Shown here one piece after another: positions 20,280 to 33,412 of a stretch of DNA of 34,761 nucleotides. Location of the stretch: contig NW_021831699.1 in assembly GCF_006345805.1 (NCBI RefSeq), positions 1-34,761 on the forward strand, written 5' to 3'. The first letter of the stretch is position 1, and each line of letters starts with the position of its first letter. Made by a program: the position numbers and the translations under genes. The notes under the pieces are model-generated. The model was not told the origin of the DNA, did no database searches, and was given only the letters and a program-made list of their open reading frames with translations. The DNA is from Octopus sinensis. Lineage: Eukaryota.

Positions 20280-21320
20280 CGTCGTCGAGAAATTTAAGGA
20301 GGACCTATAGAACAATTTAGCGCTAAAAATTAACACCCAAAACAATATTTATACCATTCCTTTTCTAGATATAAGCATACAGATTAAAAACAATAGATCC
20401 ATTACGTTAATTTACACAGAAGACACAAACAGATGCATGGAGTTAGTGAATACTCATATAACTACAAAATGTTAATGGTAATGTCAGAACGAGAGAAATT
20501 TTAGATTCTCTTCCGCAAATGAAACACTTAGTATTGAAATCCAAAAATTACAACAATGGATGCTTAAATGGACAATTAGGCTTAGCGACTGATTAATATA
20601 GACAGGAATACACTGCAGCAAATCTATTATACAGTACCCCGACTAACAATATGTATTTTACACATAATGTGTAAAGTGTGAATTAAATGCATACCATGTG
20701 TAGAACAGATGAACGTATAATAAAAATACCATAAAACGAAGCACAAAAGGTGTCACATCAAACCATTAGTTGAATCTAGTAATATAACAAAAACAATAAG
20801 ATGAAAACTTTCCAGATTAATAACACGCTGCAAGCATGTAAATCTGAGAAGAAATTTAGAACGACGTACGTAATTTACAAATTTTAGTGTAAAAGTGGAA
20901 GTTGAAAACTTCACAATTCCAACAGTTACACTGACCAGACAAGTAAAACACTTTCTGATAAAACCCTCTTGAATTATAAAACAAGAGCCGGTTGCAGTAC
21001 ACAACACCACATACTATAAAACAAAACTAGATAGGAAAACATTAATAGAAAATACTTCCGTACTATATAACATTCCCCTACAAAAATAGAAAAACTAATT
21101 TGAAAGCAATATTAATTATTAATTATAATTAACATACAATTTACATACGTCACAACCACAAATCCTATGACATAGAGCTTCAACGCGCTAACAGTCAATT
21201 TCTGATGGGGGAAAATTTGTATACGTATTAGGCGTCCATACAAAAAGGACATCACAGAAACCAAAACGACTCCCTATCCTGAAGATGATCCTGAGGTGGC
21301 ATGAAAACGCTAATGAAAAT
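20280..21320 (+). pseudogene. Highly decayed Penelope/Poseidon-like PLE 3' end (RT thumb, GIY-YIG, trace of pLTR)
   Basis: IPFLDISIQI..IYTEDT..RFSSANETLSIEIQKLQQ; TYVIYKF*CKSG..SYTDQTSKTLS; CTGAAGA..GAAAACG at 21279-21309. Confidence 0.6.
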
Positions 21321-21390
21321 GAATTTGGGAAATTTATTGTTCCACACGACTTATAACAATCTGGTACGCAGATACGAAATGTCATTAACA

Positions 21391-21784
21391 TACTCTTTAC
21401 TCTTTTACTTGTTTCAGTCATTTGACTGCGGCCATGCTGGAGCACCCCTTTTAGTCGAGCAAATCGACCCCAGGACTTATTCTTTGTAAGCCTAGTACAT
21501 ATTCTATCGGTCTCTTTTGCCGAACCGCTAAGTTACGGGGACATGAACACACCAGCATCGGTTGTCAAGCGATGTTGGGAGGACAAACACAGACACACAA
21601 ACACACACATATACATATACACGACAGGCTTCTTTCAGTTTCCATCTACCAAATCCACTCACAAGGCTTTGGTCGGCCCGAGGCTATAGTAGAAGACACT
21701 TGCTCAAAGTGCCACGCAGTGGGACTGAACCCAGAACCATGTGGTTGGTAAGCAAGCTACTTACCACACAGCCACTCCTGCGCC
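21391..21784 (-). mobile_element. SINE family A, intact full-length copy
   Basis: Complete head (A and B boxes), short internal microsatellite, (AAGAGTAA)-type tail. Confidence 0.9.
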
Positions 21785-22358
21785 TATAAAAACAATAGGA
21801 TGAAAGATTTATTTAGAAGATAGTCGGGGTTTTTTTTTTATATATAACATGTTACGAAGCAAAGCTTTACTCCTTACCTGCAAAGATAAATATTAATTAG
21901 ATTAAATGTACTCTAAGCAACGATGATCAAAATAAGGCTGTGCACCTTTATAGTTAATACTTTCGTGTAAACGTAAACGTGGCAAGACCTTTCCTGCGAT
22001 GTGGCTCCCGAAAGAGAAATTCTTAAAGACAATGTGTGTGAGCACACACCGAGCTGGACTATGAATGACATCATCGAACTGAAGGGCGCGTGTTTCTACG
22101 TGGGGTTTTTTCAACACCGAATCCGCGCGTGTTTATATATTACACCAAGCACACAGACGCACGTACGCGCACACACGCGCGCGCGCGTACACACACGTTA
22201 GAAGTGAGATCGACATTCCAGCAACAGCAGATGCATTAAAGAGGAATTTCTTGGACTGCGTGGCTGGATGGGAAGCTGGTGGCGCCTTACTGTCTAACCG
22301 GTCTTTGAAGGTACTTGCAGGCGAGGATGTGTATGTTATGTATGTATGTATGTGTGTA

Positions 22359-22400
<42 letters not shown>

Positions 22401-22404
<4 letters not shown>

Positions 22405-23250
22405 GGTATGTAGAAAAATACAACATGGACAAGAACGTATAACTCTAGAAGACGATACAATAAACATGGACAGGACATTCGAACCCCTCAGTCTTCAGTC
22501 AAGAACCGGATCATCGTAGTAATTTCGGCTGATTAATCTTGAGATTACTAGATCACGGCCAGCCCTCCAAGAAAAACTAAGCTGGAAGCGTAGATTTCCT
22601 GGAAGAAGGATCGAATGCATACGAACACCAGGACAGCAAAAGGGACAGATATATAAAAAAAAAACAAAAAACAATAATGGAATACAGAAACATGAAATAC
22701 AGAAGCATTAACGGTGAAAACAACAAGTGTCTTACGACTGATAACAAGCAAACAAATTTTTTCTCTGGCGCATTGGAAAAAGCCTTTATAGCGGCGGACG
22801 AAGAACAACGATGTTAACACGACGAGGGTCAGGAGCTGAAAGGCAGATTTCGGCCAACAGTCACGTGACAGAGAAGAGGGAAAAGAAAAGAAAGAGAAGC
22901 AAAGGAAGAGAGAGAGAGAAAAGGGGGACAAAACGCAACAAAGAGAGAGAAAGAAGGAATCAGAGAGGAGAAGGGATGGGTGTCGAAGAATGACCTGTGA
23001 GTGCAGAGCGAGACAAAGAAATAGGAGGGTAGTGGAAGACTAGACCAAAGGATCAGAGGAAAGAGAAGATGAATAGAGAGAAAGTAAAAATGAGAGAGAG
23101 AGAGAGACAAACAGAGAGTCGTACCAATTATTAAGAATATGTGTTCACATTAATGATAAAGGGGGTACGGGGCGCCTGGAATATATGTTAAGGTATGTAG
23201 AAAAATACAACATGGACAAGAACGTATAACTCATAGAAGACGATACAATA

Positions 23251-23255
<5 letters not shown>
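22401..23255 (-). mobile_element. Direct-repeat-bounded non-coding element (787-nt unit), possibly PLE-type
   Basis: 22401-22467 is repeated at 23188-23255 with one indel; long TA tracts on both sides; purine-rich body on the plus strand. Confidence 0.5.
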
Positions 23256-23302
<47 letters not shown>

Positions 23303-23494
23303 ATTATATATATATATATAATATATGTATGTATGAATGGCGGTGCCCCAGCATGGCCACAGCTCGTGAGCTGAAACTAGGTAAAATATAAAAAAATATG
23401 TATGTATGTATGTGTATGTATGTATGTATATGTATGTATGTGTGTGTATATATGTATGTGTGTGTATATATATATATGTATGTATGTGTGTGTT

Positions 23495-23536
<42 letters not shown>

Positions 23537-23559
23537 ATGTGTATATATATATATATATA

Positions 23560-23600
<41 letters not shown>

Positions 23601-23603
<3 letters not shown>

Positions 23604-24365
23604 CCAGATGTATGAGTTTTTCCAGATTCTTTTGAAAATGGCCGGTTGCAAGTACCCGGTGATTCTTGAGGGACGCCCCCACCCCCAAGTGTCACCTGTG
23701 CCTGGAACCAGACCACATCAAAAAGAACTGTTCCCAGGACCAGAGTAAGCTCCTGGAACAGTTGGTTGTAGAAGAGACCCCCTCCTCCGGAGGAGGGAGA
23801 GATGGAGGTAGTCGAGGAAGTAGAGACCTCCCCGAAAAAGAGGGGGAAAAAGGAAGAAGGTAGGCAACAATGGTTGCTCACCGAAGGACCCTAAAGCTGC
23901 GGGAGGGAGGGATGATCCTCCGGTTAAAGCAAAGGAACCACCCCCTCTCGTATCAAAGACAAGAAAAAAGAAGAAAAAGATTGGGACAGTGCCGGCGGTG
24001 GGAATTGTGTCACCGACGGAGGAAGCTGTGGCCCCTGTCAGTATAATAAATGAGGAATTTGTGATCTTCTTTCTTAAGCGGGGTCGTAGAGAAATTTATG
24101 AGGAATCTGGAAGATTGGGAACAGGCGGTCCTGACCTGCACTGAAAGCCCTGACTGGCCTCAATGGTCATGGAGGAAAATTATTTCTACAGGGTGATAGA
24201 TTCCTTTACCAATGTTGAATACAATTATCTCTTATGGGGCACCGTCTTGCGACTGCAGGCGGCAAGAGATTTAATCGGGGGAGGTAGAGTAAGAGATCTT
24301 AATACCTCGATTCGAACATGGATATTGTTAAGAGGCTTAGCGCCTCAAGTTGGATATACTTTGCT
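23601..24365 (+). pseudogene. LINE ORF1 (gag-like) fragment with CCHC zinc knuckle
   Basis: AGCKYPVILEGRP (frameshift) PKCHLCLEPDHIKKNC: C-X2-C-X4-H-X4-C at 23690-23731, followed by a low-complexity K/E/P/G linker. Confidence 0.6.
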
Positions 24366-24605
24366 GGACTTTTTTTTTATTGGTAATAGGATCAGTGCCT
24401 CAATTTGTAACTGTTGTAAGCGGTTCAACATCTCATTTGTGTTTTTAAAGAAAGAACAATGTTGTCGGGAAGTAACAATCGACGGACGTTGGCTGCTTCC
24501 CCCACCAACCACCTCTTTTTTCATTCCATCATCATCATTTGTGTCTGTGTCCAACCCGCAAGCTTCCATCTGTATTATGCCTTTAAGGCAAATGTAATGA
24601 AATAA

Positions 24606-25210
24606 AGAAGCTTGCTTCACAATCACATGGTTCTGGGTTCAGTCCCACTGCATGGCACCTTGGGCAAGTGTCTTCTACAATAACCTCGGGCCAATTAAAA
24701 ACTTGTGAGTGAATTTAGTAGACGGAAACCTAAAGAAGCCCGTCGTATATATATATATTTGTTATTTGTGTCTGTGTTTGCCCCACTACCACCACCACCA
24801 TCGCTTGACAACCGATATTGATGTATTTACGTCCTCGCAACTTAGTGGTTCGGGACAAAGAAACCGATCGCAAGGCAAAATGCCGGGCGAAATGCGTAGC
24901 CGTATTTCGTCTGCCGTTACGTTCTGAGTTCAAATTCCGCCGAGGTCGACTTTGCCTTTCATCCTTTCGGGGTCGATAAATTAAGTACCAGTTACGCACT
25001 AGGGTCGATATAATCGACTTAATCCGTTTGTCTGTCTTTGTTTGTCCCCTCTGTATGTAGCCCCTTGTGGGTAGTAAAGAAATAAGAAACCGATCGAATA
25101 AGTACTATGCTTACAAAGAATAAGTCCCGAGTCGATTTGTTCGACTTAATGTGGTGTTCCAGCATGGCCGCAGTCAAATGATTGAAACAACTAAAAGAAT
25201 AAAAGAATAA
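24606..25210 (+). mobile_element. SINE family A interrupted by a SINE family B insertion
   Basis: A-family sequence resumes exactly after the duplicated AAGAAACCGATCG. Confidence 0.85.
24871..25083 (+). mobile_element. SINE family B, 5'-truncated, 13-bp TSD
   Basis: AAGAAACCGATCG at 24858-24870 and 25084-25096. Confidence 0.9.
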
Positions 25211-26694
25211 TCAATGCACATAAGCTGTGTCTGTGTGATCGATAACATCTACAGCACTAGAGGTGCTTCTAATTCGTAATTTAATGTGTGTGTGTGTGCA
25301 TTTTTATGTACTCATTCATTTATTCAACAGCTGGAAGAACACTTCCGTTTACTTCTCTTCCTCCCAGCACCATCGATTTGATGCTGACTATTTTGAGGTC
25401 TTCTCTGTATTCGCAAAGCCTGCAAACTGGAGATGGTGCTTTTTTTAGCTACTCCATCAATATTTGACTCGGAACACTGAAGGGCGAAACAAATACCACA
25501 TGGTATCTGGTTCCACCCTCTTATGGTTCCACTGCCTTAGATTGGCATTTTTATCGAATCCGAAAGGCTGAAAAGCAAACATGACATATAGGTATTTCTT
25601 TTTCTTCACAACCACTTTTTCGTCTGCCTCACACCTCTTTTATTTTTCCTTTATACGTTTCCGTTGGTAAAAAAAGCGTTAAACTATTACAATATCTGTT
25701 TAAACTTATCTCTCCTATGTTTATTTTCCTTTCTGTTTTTGTTCATTGCTTTCATTACACACATTCACATACGCACACACGTATGTGTGCGTGTGTAAGT
25801 GTATTTTTCTGAAGTTCGGCAAACATACATATATACAAACATACATATATACATATACACACGTGTGTGCTGGATATGACAGGAGTGAGAAAGAAAAAAA
25901 TTCTAATCGATTATTTCATTTATATACATATATATATATACTATCAGCTAGGTTTAATATATTTGCATATTTTCGCTTTGCAGTTACTATCATCATCATT
26001 ATTATTACTACTTGCATATAATTTTTTTTTATTTTTAAGTCAAACATTCTAGTTCCAATGCTAACAACAGAAGCTGTTTGGAGATATTTTATTAATGCCC
26101 ACGCATACGTATTCGTATAATTACAATGTAAATGAAATAGCACATATAACTTTGTAAAAGTATTTATGTACATTCCTGTCTGATTCACATACAGAACTGT
26201 TAAATCATATGTAAAATTAAATTTTAAAAAAAATTCCAATAAAAATAACCACGCTGAAACGTTTCATTATTCAAATATATGTAAATGCCATTCTATTTAA
26301 TAGTATATAATAAAACGTTTATATCAATACAGCATAAAGAGGCTATAATTACATACCTGTTTAGTTATTATAGTATCTGTTTTATGCAGAATTGTTCTCA
26401 CTGCTAGAAATTTTTACCAAGCGCATATAAAAAGCATTTTTTTTCCTTGTGCAATTTCTTTATCTACAGATATATTCGTATGAATTGTGTATTTTCATAA
26501 ATAGCCATCTAAGTAAATGTTATCTTTATATTCTGTTATCTAGATTTAACTGTATACAGTTCTTTTATGTACTGTTACAGCTATAAAATATCGTATTTTT
26601 CTAGAGGCGTGACTTAGTTTCAGAATATAACCTATACTCAGGTATGAGCATTGTCACAAGATATCGTATATATATGCTTATAGTATATATATAT

Positions 26695-26729
<35 letters not shown>

Positions 26730-26755
26730 GCATATGTATGTGTGTATACACACAC

Positions 26756-26786
<31 letters not shown>

Positions 26787-27254
26787 TGTATGTATGTATG
26801 TATGTATGTATGTATGTATTAGTTGATTTACCACACGTGATAAATTACAGGACTCAATATAAATGTAAAGTATTCTTTAATACATTATAACTGAAACGCT
26901 CCAATTTCCAGCATTCAGACTACACACATGCAAAATGAACACGCACGTATACCCTCAGTGGTTTTAAAGACATTAATTTAAAATGTTACATGAAAGTATT
27001 ACTTTAAAACATTACTCAGACAATATAACTTTGTTCGTGTGGAATTTAAGATGTTTATAATATTACTACGATAACCAGAATCGAAATTTTTAAAAAAAAC
27101 GTGAGTTTGAAGCAACTGCTTTTGCACGTGTCGTTCACAAAGGTTTTTAAACAACAGAACATAAGGATAAGCGTCTTCTTTAAACTAGTCGCAGCAGCTG
27201 ATGATCGGGAACGAGTAACTCTGAGTACTGGAAATTGGAGCCTTTCAGTTATAA

Positions 27255-28500
27255 TATGTGTTTGCCAACCTAGTCATAGGATATCTAGAAATTAGTCGTA
27301 AGGTACTAGAAAAATACGGCAACCCATTCTCCCTCTACATAGAAAATAACTAGAAGAGATACTTGGATGACAGTTTCATTCTTTGCCATGAAAGTATAGA
27401 GAAACTTAAAGAATTTGAAGCACTTATAAATGGACTTGATGTAAACATTCAATTCACGATGGAATCTTGCCATCAACAACTTCCCTTCCTCAACATCCTC
27501 ATTAAGAAATCTAACAACGTAAGTGAAACATATATAAACCCTCGGACTCCAAGCAATATCTACTGTTCAACTCATGCCACCCAAACACACTAGAATGAAT
27601 ATCCCCTTCAACCTAGCAAAAAGGATTTGTACTATAGTTTCTAATGCAAGCACCAGGGACACACGACTACATGAACTAAAGGATACACTCATCACCAGGA
27701 ACTATCCACCATCACTAATTGACATATGCTTTCAACGTGCCCTACAACTCAACATCCACGAACTCAGACATCCCAAATTAAAGAAGGATTTACAACCAAA
27801 AGCCCAACCATAAATCTCCACACACAACCCTCTTAACAATGAAGCCTTCGACACTATCCTTCAAAACATTCCCCTGCTAAAAAAGGACTACAGAATGAAC
27901 TTAATCCTCCAAACATACACCATCATAAAAAGCAAGAGACAGCCCAAATCTATGAAAAGTCTCCTAACACAAGCCCGAATAAAATGTGGAAGACACAACT
28001 GTGGGATATGCGTCAATTTAATTGAGGGATCAGAGTTCTCCTTCAAACAGGGACTACGTTTCATAGTGAAAAACAGCTTTACATGTGCTTCGGAGAACCT
28101 GATATATGCACTAATCTGCTCTGGGCGTCAAGAGCAATACATAAAACAAAAACTAATCTACGTCAAAGGATGGCTCTTCTCAGACCCCAGATCAAAATTC
28201 CGAAAAACAGAAAAATGGCATTCAGCCAACACATCGACATTTGCGCCAGTAACAAAAATCGCAGCTTCAGAATTTTTCCCCTCTATCATTTCAGGGACGA
28301 TACAACCTGTGGCCAACGAATTAGTAAAGAGTCGTTCTTTATTACAAAATACAGACCCCTTTTGAATGCATCTGCAACAAATGACATATCCAACACGACC
28401 TTAGAATAACACACACGCAAATATTAAAAACGATACATTCTTCGTCTTCTTCTTCTCCGCCACCTCCTTCCTTACTTTATTACTACTGAAGCTGCTTAGA
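27255..28500 (+). pseudogene. 5'-truncated Neptune-like PLE: RT C-terminal half + Cys linker + GIY-YIG
   Basis: FANLVIGYLE..KRYLDDSFIL..IQFTMESCHQQLPFLNILI..NIPFNLAKRICTIVS..KCGRHNCGIC..FTCASENLIYALIC..NLRQRM..ESFFITKYRPLLN; several frameshifts. Confidence 0.9.
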
Positions 28501-28988
28501 ATAGTTATGGATTCTTGTCTATGATTGTTTAAGCAGCAGTAGTAGTAAAGGAAGTGGGTGGCCGAGAATAATAATAAGAAGAAGAATTATAAAAGAATGC
28601 TGGAGTGGTTTGATAGTAGTAGGATGTTAAATGGTCAAGTGCCCTGAAAGTGACCTGTTGTGGATGATAGTAGTGATTGGGACTGTTTTTAATTAATTCT
28701 TGGGGTATCTCTTTTGAATGTATCATTTTTAATATTTTAATATATCCACGCAAATATTAAAAATGATACATTCAAAAGAGATACCTCAAGAATTAATTAA
28801 AAACAGTCCCAATCACTACTATCATCCACAACAGGTCACTTTCAGGGCACTTTACCATTTAACATCCTACTACTATCATACCACTCCAGCATTCTTTTAT
28901 AATTCTTCTTATTACTATTATTCTCGGCCACCCACTTCCTTTACTACTACTGCTGCTTAAACAATCATAGACAAGAATCCATAACTAT
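28501..28988. repeat. 237-bp-arm inverted repeat, 14-nt spacer (probable inverted pLTR pair)
   Basis: 28501-28737 versus 28752-28988, about six mismatches by eye; the start of the right arm also occurs at 28414-28440, just after the PLE ORF. Confidence 0.85.
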
Positions 28989-29494
28989 CTCGAACACACA
29001 AGAGTAAAAGAAAGGAGAGATAGAGACAGACAGAAGCAAGGAAAATGTCCCTTGTATTTGAATACTATGGAAATATTTTTTTTAACTTTTCGTTTAATTT
29101 TTCCACAATTTAATTGCTTTCCATACTTAGAACTGTATGTATGTTTGTACGATTTTTGCCTGCTCGCCGCCTTACAGCACGTGAATAATTACTGCATGTG
29201 CCACAGTAAGACGGAAAACCGGACTCAGCTATTGCAGGTCACGGAACTATCAAGAGAATTGAGTTGAATGAAGACCTGTAAAGATTATACAAAAAGCTAT
29301 GGAAGATCTCTTTGTTTGTTACATGAAGAGGATGAAAAGCAGTCGGAATGAAAAATATCCTAGCTGTTCACATCTCAGTGAGAAACAATTGAGCCAGCAA
29401 GCCACATTCATTTAGAGAAATATGTTGCTCTTCCTAACAAAATCAATCACCAAAAATGCACATCAAATAAAAGAACTAATAGTGATTTCTTTAT

Positions 29495-29896
29495 AAGGTG
29501 ACGAGCTGGCAAAAACGTTAGCACGCGTGGCAAAATGCTTAGCGGTATTTTGTTTGTCTTTATGTTCTGAGTTCAAATTCCGCCGAGATTGACTTTGCCT
29601 TTCATCCTTTCGGAGTCGATAAATTAAGTACCAGCTGCGTACTGGGATTGATCTAATAGACTAGGCCTCCTCCCCAAAATCTTTGGGCTTTGTGCCTAGA
29701 GTAGAAAAAAATATTGATTTCAAATTTTGGCACAAGTCCAACAATTTCTGAACAGGAATAAGTCGATTACTTATTTTATCAACCCAGAAAGGTAAAGTCG
29801 ACCCCGGGGGAATTTGAAGTCAGATCGTAAAAACGGACGAAATGCCATTAAGCATTTTGCCTGGCCTGATAACAATTCTATCAGCTCGCCGCCTTA
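29495..29896. mobile_element. Two SINE family B copies, tail-to-tail (plus 29495-29715, minus 29716-29896)
   Basis: Heads aaggtgacgagctggc at the left end and gctcgccgcctta at the right end. Confidence 0.8.
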
Positions 29897-30269
29897 AATA
29901 CAAAAAATTTATATTACAATAAATTATTCGTCGATAAAATTACGAAAAACTTAAAACAACATTAATAATACTGAGAATAGAATGCTGCTATTATTACGGC
30001 AGGTCTTTAAGCAGAACTCCACCATTTACATCGAACAACCACTGCATGAAAGAACCATTATGACACAAAACGATAGGAAACACACTGGTCAGATGTTATC
30101 CACAATCGGTCATGTCGCTAGAGAACACCTTGCATAAATAGAAGGTCCCAGCTTTTGGACATTGGATGTCCTGCTATACCTGCAGTTACTTTTTCCCAAC
30201 AGATATACAGCGAAATAAGAACATACGCTCAAAATGGATTGCTTCTCTCCCGAGCACAACAAAAAATAT

Positions 30270-32067
30270 CTATTGGTCGATGAAAAATATCAGACAAAAT
30301 ACAATCTTTTTACCCGTAACACTGTGTGATACTTTTATAGATTTACTTAATTTTGGCTTACCTATATACTTCCAAGTTTCTTCACTCACAGTGGTAATAC
30401 CACTTCCAGTGTCTAACTACATTTTTACACTTCTATTTTCAATTTTTACATTTACAAATTTCCTCTTTGTCACATTACCATTTTCTTTCCATGACATCTT
30501 GCTTATTCTTTTTCCTTTGTTCCAACGTTTTGTCATCTTGGCTTTACAGTGCGCTGTTACGTGTCCAATTTCTCCACAACGGAAGCATTCCGTTTTCTTA
30601 AGTGGACAGTTTTTTTCTCAGATGTAGACCTCTACATGCCAAACATGGGTTTGTTTCCTGATTTTTGTCCTGTTTGTATTGTATTTTAGTACATACTTGA
30701 TTTCTTTTCTGCGTATCTCGCACTTTCGCACGCACTTGTTTCACTTGGGAGCAATCTTTATGTTCAATTTTCTCTGTGTCGTGTCTTAAATTTACTATTC
30801 TTCCACACTCTTCTGATACTTATTGTAAGGTTACAGCTTAGTTTTGTTCCAGCTTAGCGAGAATTCTTGTTCTTGCTTCTGCGTCTTTTTCTGCAGTTAG
30901 TCCCTGAGTAAATACCAGGCACTTGAACATATCTAGCGCTAATTCGTCCAGTTTGAGCTTTTCACATTCTCTCTTAACTCTGCCAGCACATGTGATGCAG
31001 TCCTCCTTGTTGTCCTTTTCTTGGTTCAAACATTTCCAGCGTGTATTGAACAACGAGCTTTTCTCGCTACAAATTTTACACAATATGTCTATTGTATTTT
31101 TAAAGTTTATGTCAAGAGGTTTTTTCGGGAGTATGTAATTTCTGTAGCGCTCATGTTCCCCTGCTGCCAGTTTCCTTATTATTAGGTGCGTTTTCATATC
31201 GTCTTCCCAATCTTTGCGCTCTTTATTGAAGTTCTGTTCGTATCTTTTAAAGTACGCCTCGAAGGTAACTCCTTCGACAGGTTCATACTTAAATTTTGTT
31301 ATCGAGTTCGCAATATAATCTGGCCGGAACATCTTTTCGGCATTTTCTGACGATTTACTATTCATTAATTACAGAATTTATTGCTGTAATAGTGATTGTT
31401 ATTGTTGTTGCTTCTGCTGTTGTCTTCTTCTTCTTCTTCTACTTCTTCTTCTTCTTCTTCTTTTTCTTCTAATCAGGACTCACGCAATTAGCCACAAAGA
31501 ATAATCTCTAATTCGAGCCAACTCTAAGTTACAAAGAATGCGTGTGGCAACTTGAAGATCCACCCACCACACGCGATAGACTGGCAGTTGCACGGGCGCT
31601 AAAGCTACGTTGTTATCCTCATTCTGTAAACGGTGGCTTTTAACGGGTGGAGAGTTAAATCATCCTGGGGTACTGAGGATTCGCAATCTAGACTAGGGTC
31701 TGAAAGTTTACCACACCATAGTGATTACACCATGGTTCCTCTGCTTGGTAGCAGAAGTAGGAAAAAAAAGTGAGAAAAGGTTGTGGTGAAAGAGCACAGC
31801 GGGCTTCACACACACACATACACACACACACGGAGCCTCGTGATTTTGTTAATTCCTCGATGCCACTATTTTAATCCTTTGTTGGACTGTTATCACGTCC
31901 ATTCCGGTATAGCAGTATAGTTAGTTGGATAAGCTAGACCACGACTGTCTATGACCGTCTACTTCGTACTTTCTCCTTATACTGGCAGTATTTATAATGA
32001 TTATCACATACCACTCATCACGTGGGAGGGGTGTACCATTACTACTATTATACCCATAAGAGAAACA
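30270..32067 (-). mobile_element. Ty3/gypsy LTR retrotransposon 5' remnant: putative LTR, PBS, gag with two Zn knuckles, aspartic protease
   Basis: gag-like ORF 31365-30838; CLACRGLH..CP and CFRCGEIGHVTAHC at 30644-30546; LDTGSGITTVSEETWKYIGKP from 30416; PBS-like TGGCATCGAGG at 31865-31855. The LTR limit is tentative. Confidence 0.8.
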
Positions 32068-32183
32068 CAAAATGTATACCACCAAACTATTTTCATCGAT
32101 GATCTGAGGATAAGTTTGGCATGGAAAATATTCAAATTTTCTCCAGACGACAAATATGGACATCAACGACCACTCTCCTCTGT

Positions 32184-32438
32184 GGAGGCACGTGACTTAG
32201 TGGTTAGCGTATTGGATTCATGATCGTAAGATTGTGGTTTCAATTCCTAGACCGGGCGTCGGTTTGAGTTCTTGAGCTTTAATTCACGTTGCTCCAGTCC
32301 ACTCAGCTGGCAAAAATGAGTAACGCTACGATGGACTAGCGACCCGTCCAGGTGGGGAATTTATACGCCATAGAACCGGAAAACCGACCCTTGTGAGTCG
32401 GCATGACTCGAAAAGGTAACTTTACTTATTTTACTTAC
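32184..32438 (+). mobile_element. SINE family C
   Basis: Homologous to 10136-10392. Confidence 0.85.
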
Positions 32439-32454
32439 TCTATCTCTTCTGCTT

Positions 32455-32690
32455 GTAATGATGAATACGTACAAGTATTTCGGAATTAATAAACATTATG
32501 AATATGATGGTTTTGTGTGTGAAGCACAGGACTTCACAAGGAGTAAATCGGAGCCATACGCATTCAGTAAGACTATATCTTTCCCACTGCCGATGCTGGT
32601 GCCAACATTTGGGATTCTAAAAGACATTCACAACTTGGACATCAGGACTAGAAAAATACTAACAACTACTGGTAACATACATGCACAACT
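32455..32690 (+). pseudogene. RLE-type LINE reverse-transcriptase/thumb fragment
   Basis: TYKYFGIN (RT domain 7 YKYLG-like)..FPLPMLVPTFGIL..LDIRTRKILTTTGNIH. Confidence 0.65.
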
Positions 32691-32861
32691 AACCTATTAA
32701 TGTTGTTGAAATTCCAATGAAGGAGCACTGGGTCTAGGTTAGAAACCAGATCGTTTTCCATTGACAAGAAATTTAGAAATAAGACTAAAGAATAACATAC
32801 ACACATGCATACATACATACATACATGTACGCACACTACATACACACACACATACATACGT

Positions 32862-32903
<42 letters not shown>

Positions 32904-33240
32904 TCACAGACAGACAGACAAACAAGAGATAGTGAAGCACTTTAACTTCCAAGACGCGACTGAAAATATCGATTTTGTAATATTTTTGAGAAAAATATTA
33001 CACATGTGACCAACAACTAGCCTAAAATCTGAAGTTACTACCTTCCAATGAAGTATAATGTTTTTTGTTGCTCATACAATATCAGTCGTAGGAAAGACTG
33101 GTCTATAACAAATATAAAAATGTTTCTTCTGTTGAAAACATATATTTCAATAAAAGCAATATTAGAGAAATATTCACATGCTAACTTCGTCATATGCACC
33201 ATAAGAAGTTTGAAATGGTTGTTTTGGACAGGAAAATAAC

Positions 33241-33412
33241 GATTTCTAGTTTTGGCACAAAGCCAGTATTTAACTGGTACTAACATTATCGACTCCGAAA
33301 GAGGGAAAGGAAAAGTCGACCAGGGCAAAATTTGAACTCACAACTTGAAGACGGATGAAATGCCGCTCAGCAATTCGCCCAGGGTGGTAACGATTCTGCC
33401 AGCTCGCCGCCT
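33241..33412 (-). mobile_element. SINE family B
   Basis: gaaaagtcgacc..aatttgaactca..cgattctgccagctcgccgcc. Confidence 0.8.

Noticed and set aside
27194-27230. CTGATGA-TCG GGAA CGA-GTAAC
   Set aside because: GAAA and stem III are absent; lies at the edge of RT coding sequence and a 7-mer match is expected by chance
28529-28960. Two near-identical ORFs on opposite strands (MIHSKEIPQELIKN..)
   Set aside because: They are the two arms of the inverted repeat; low-complexity sequence with no coding signal
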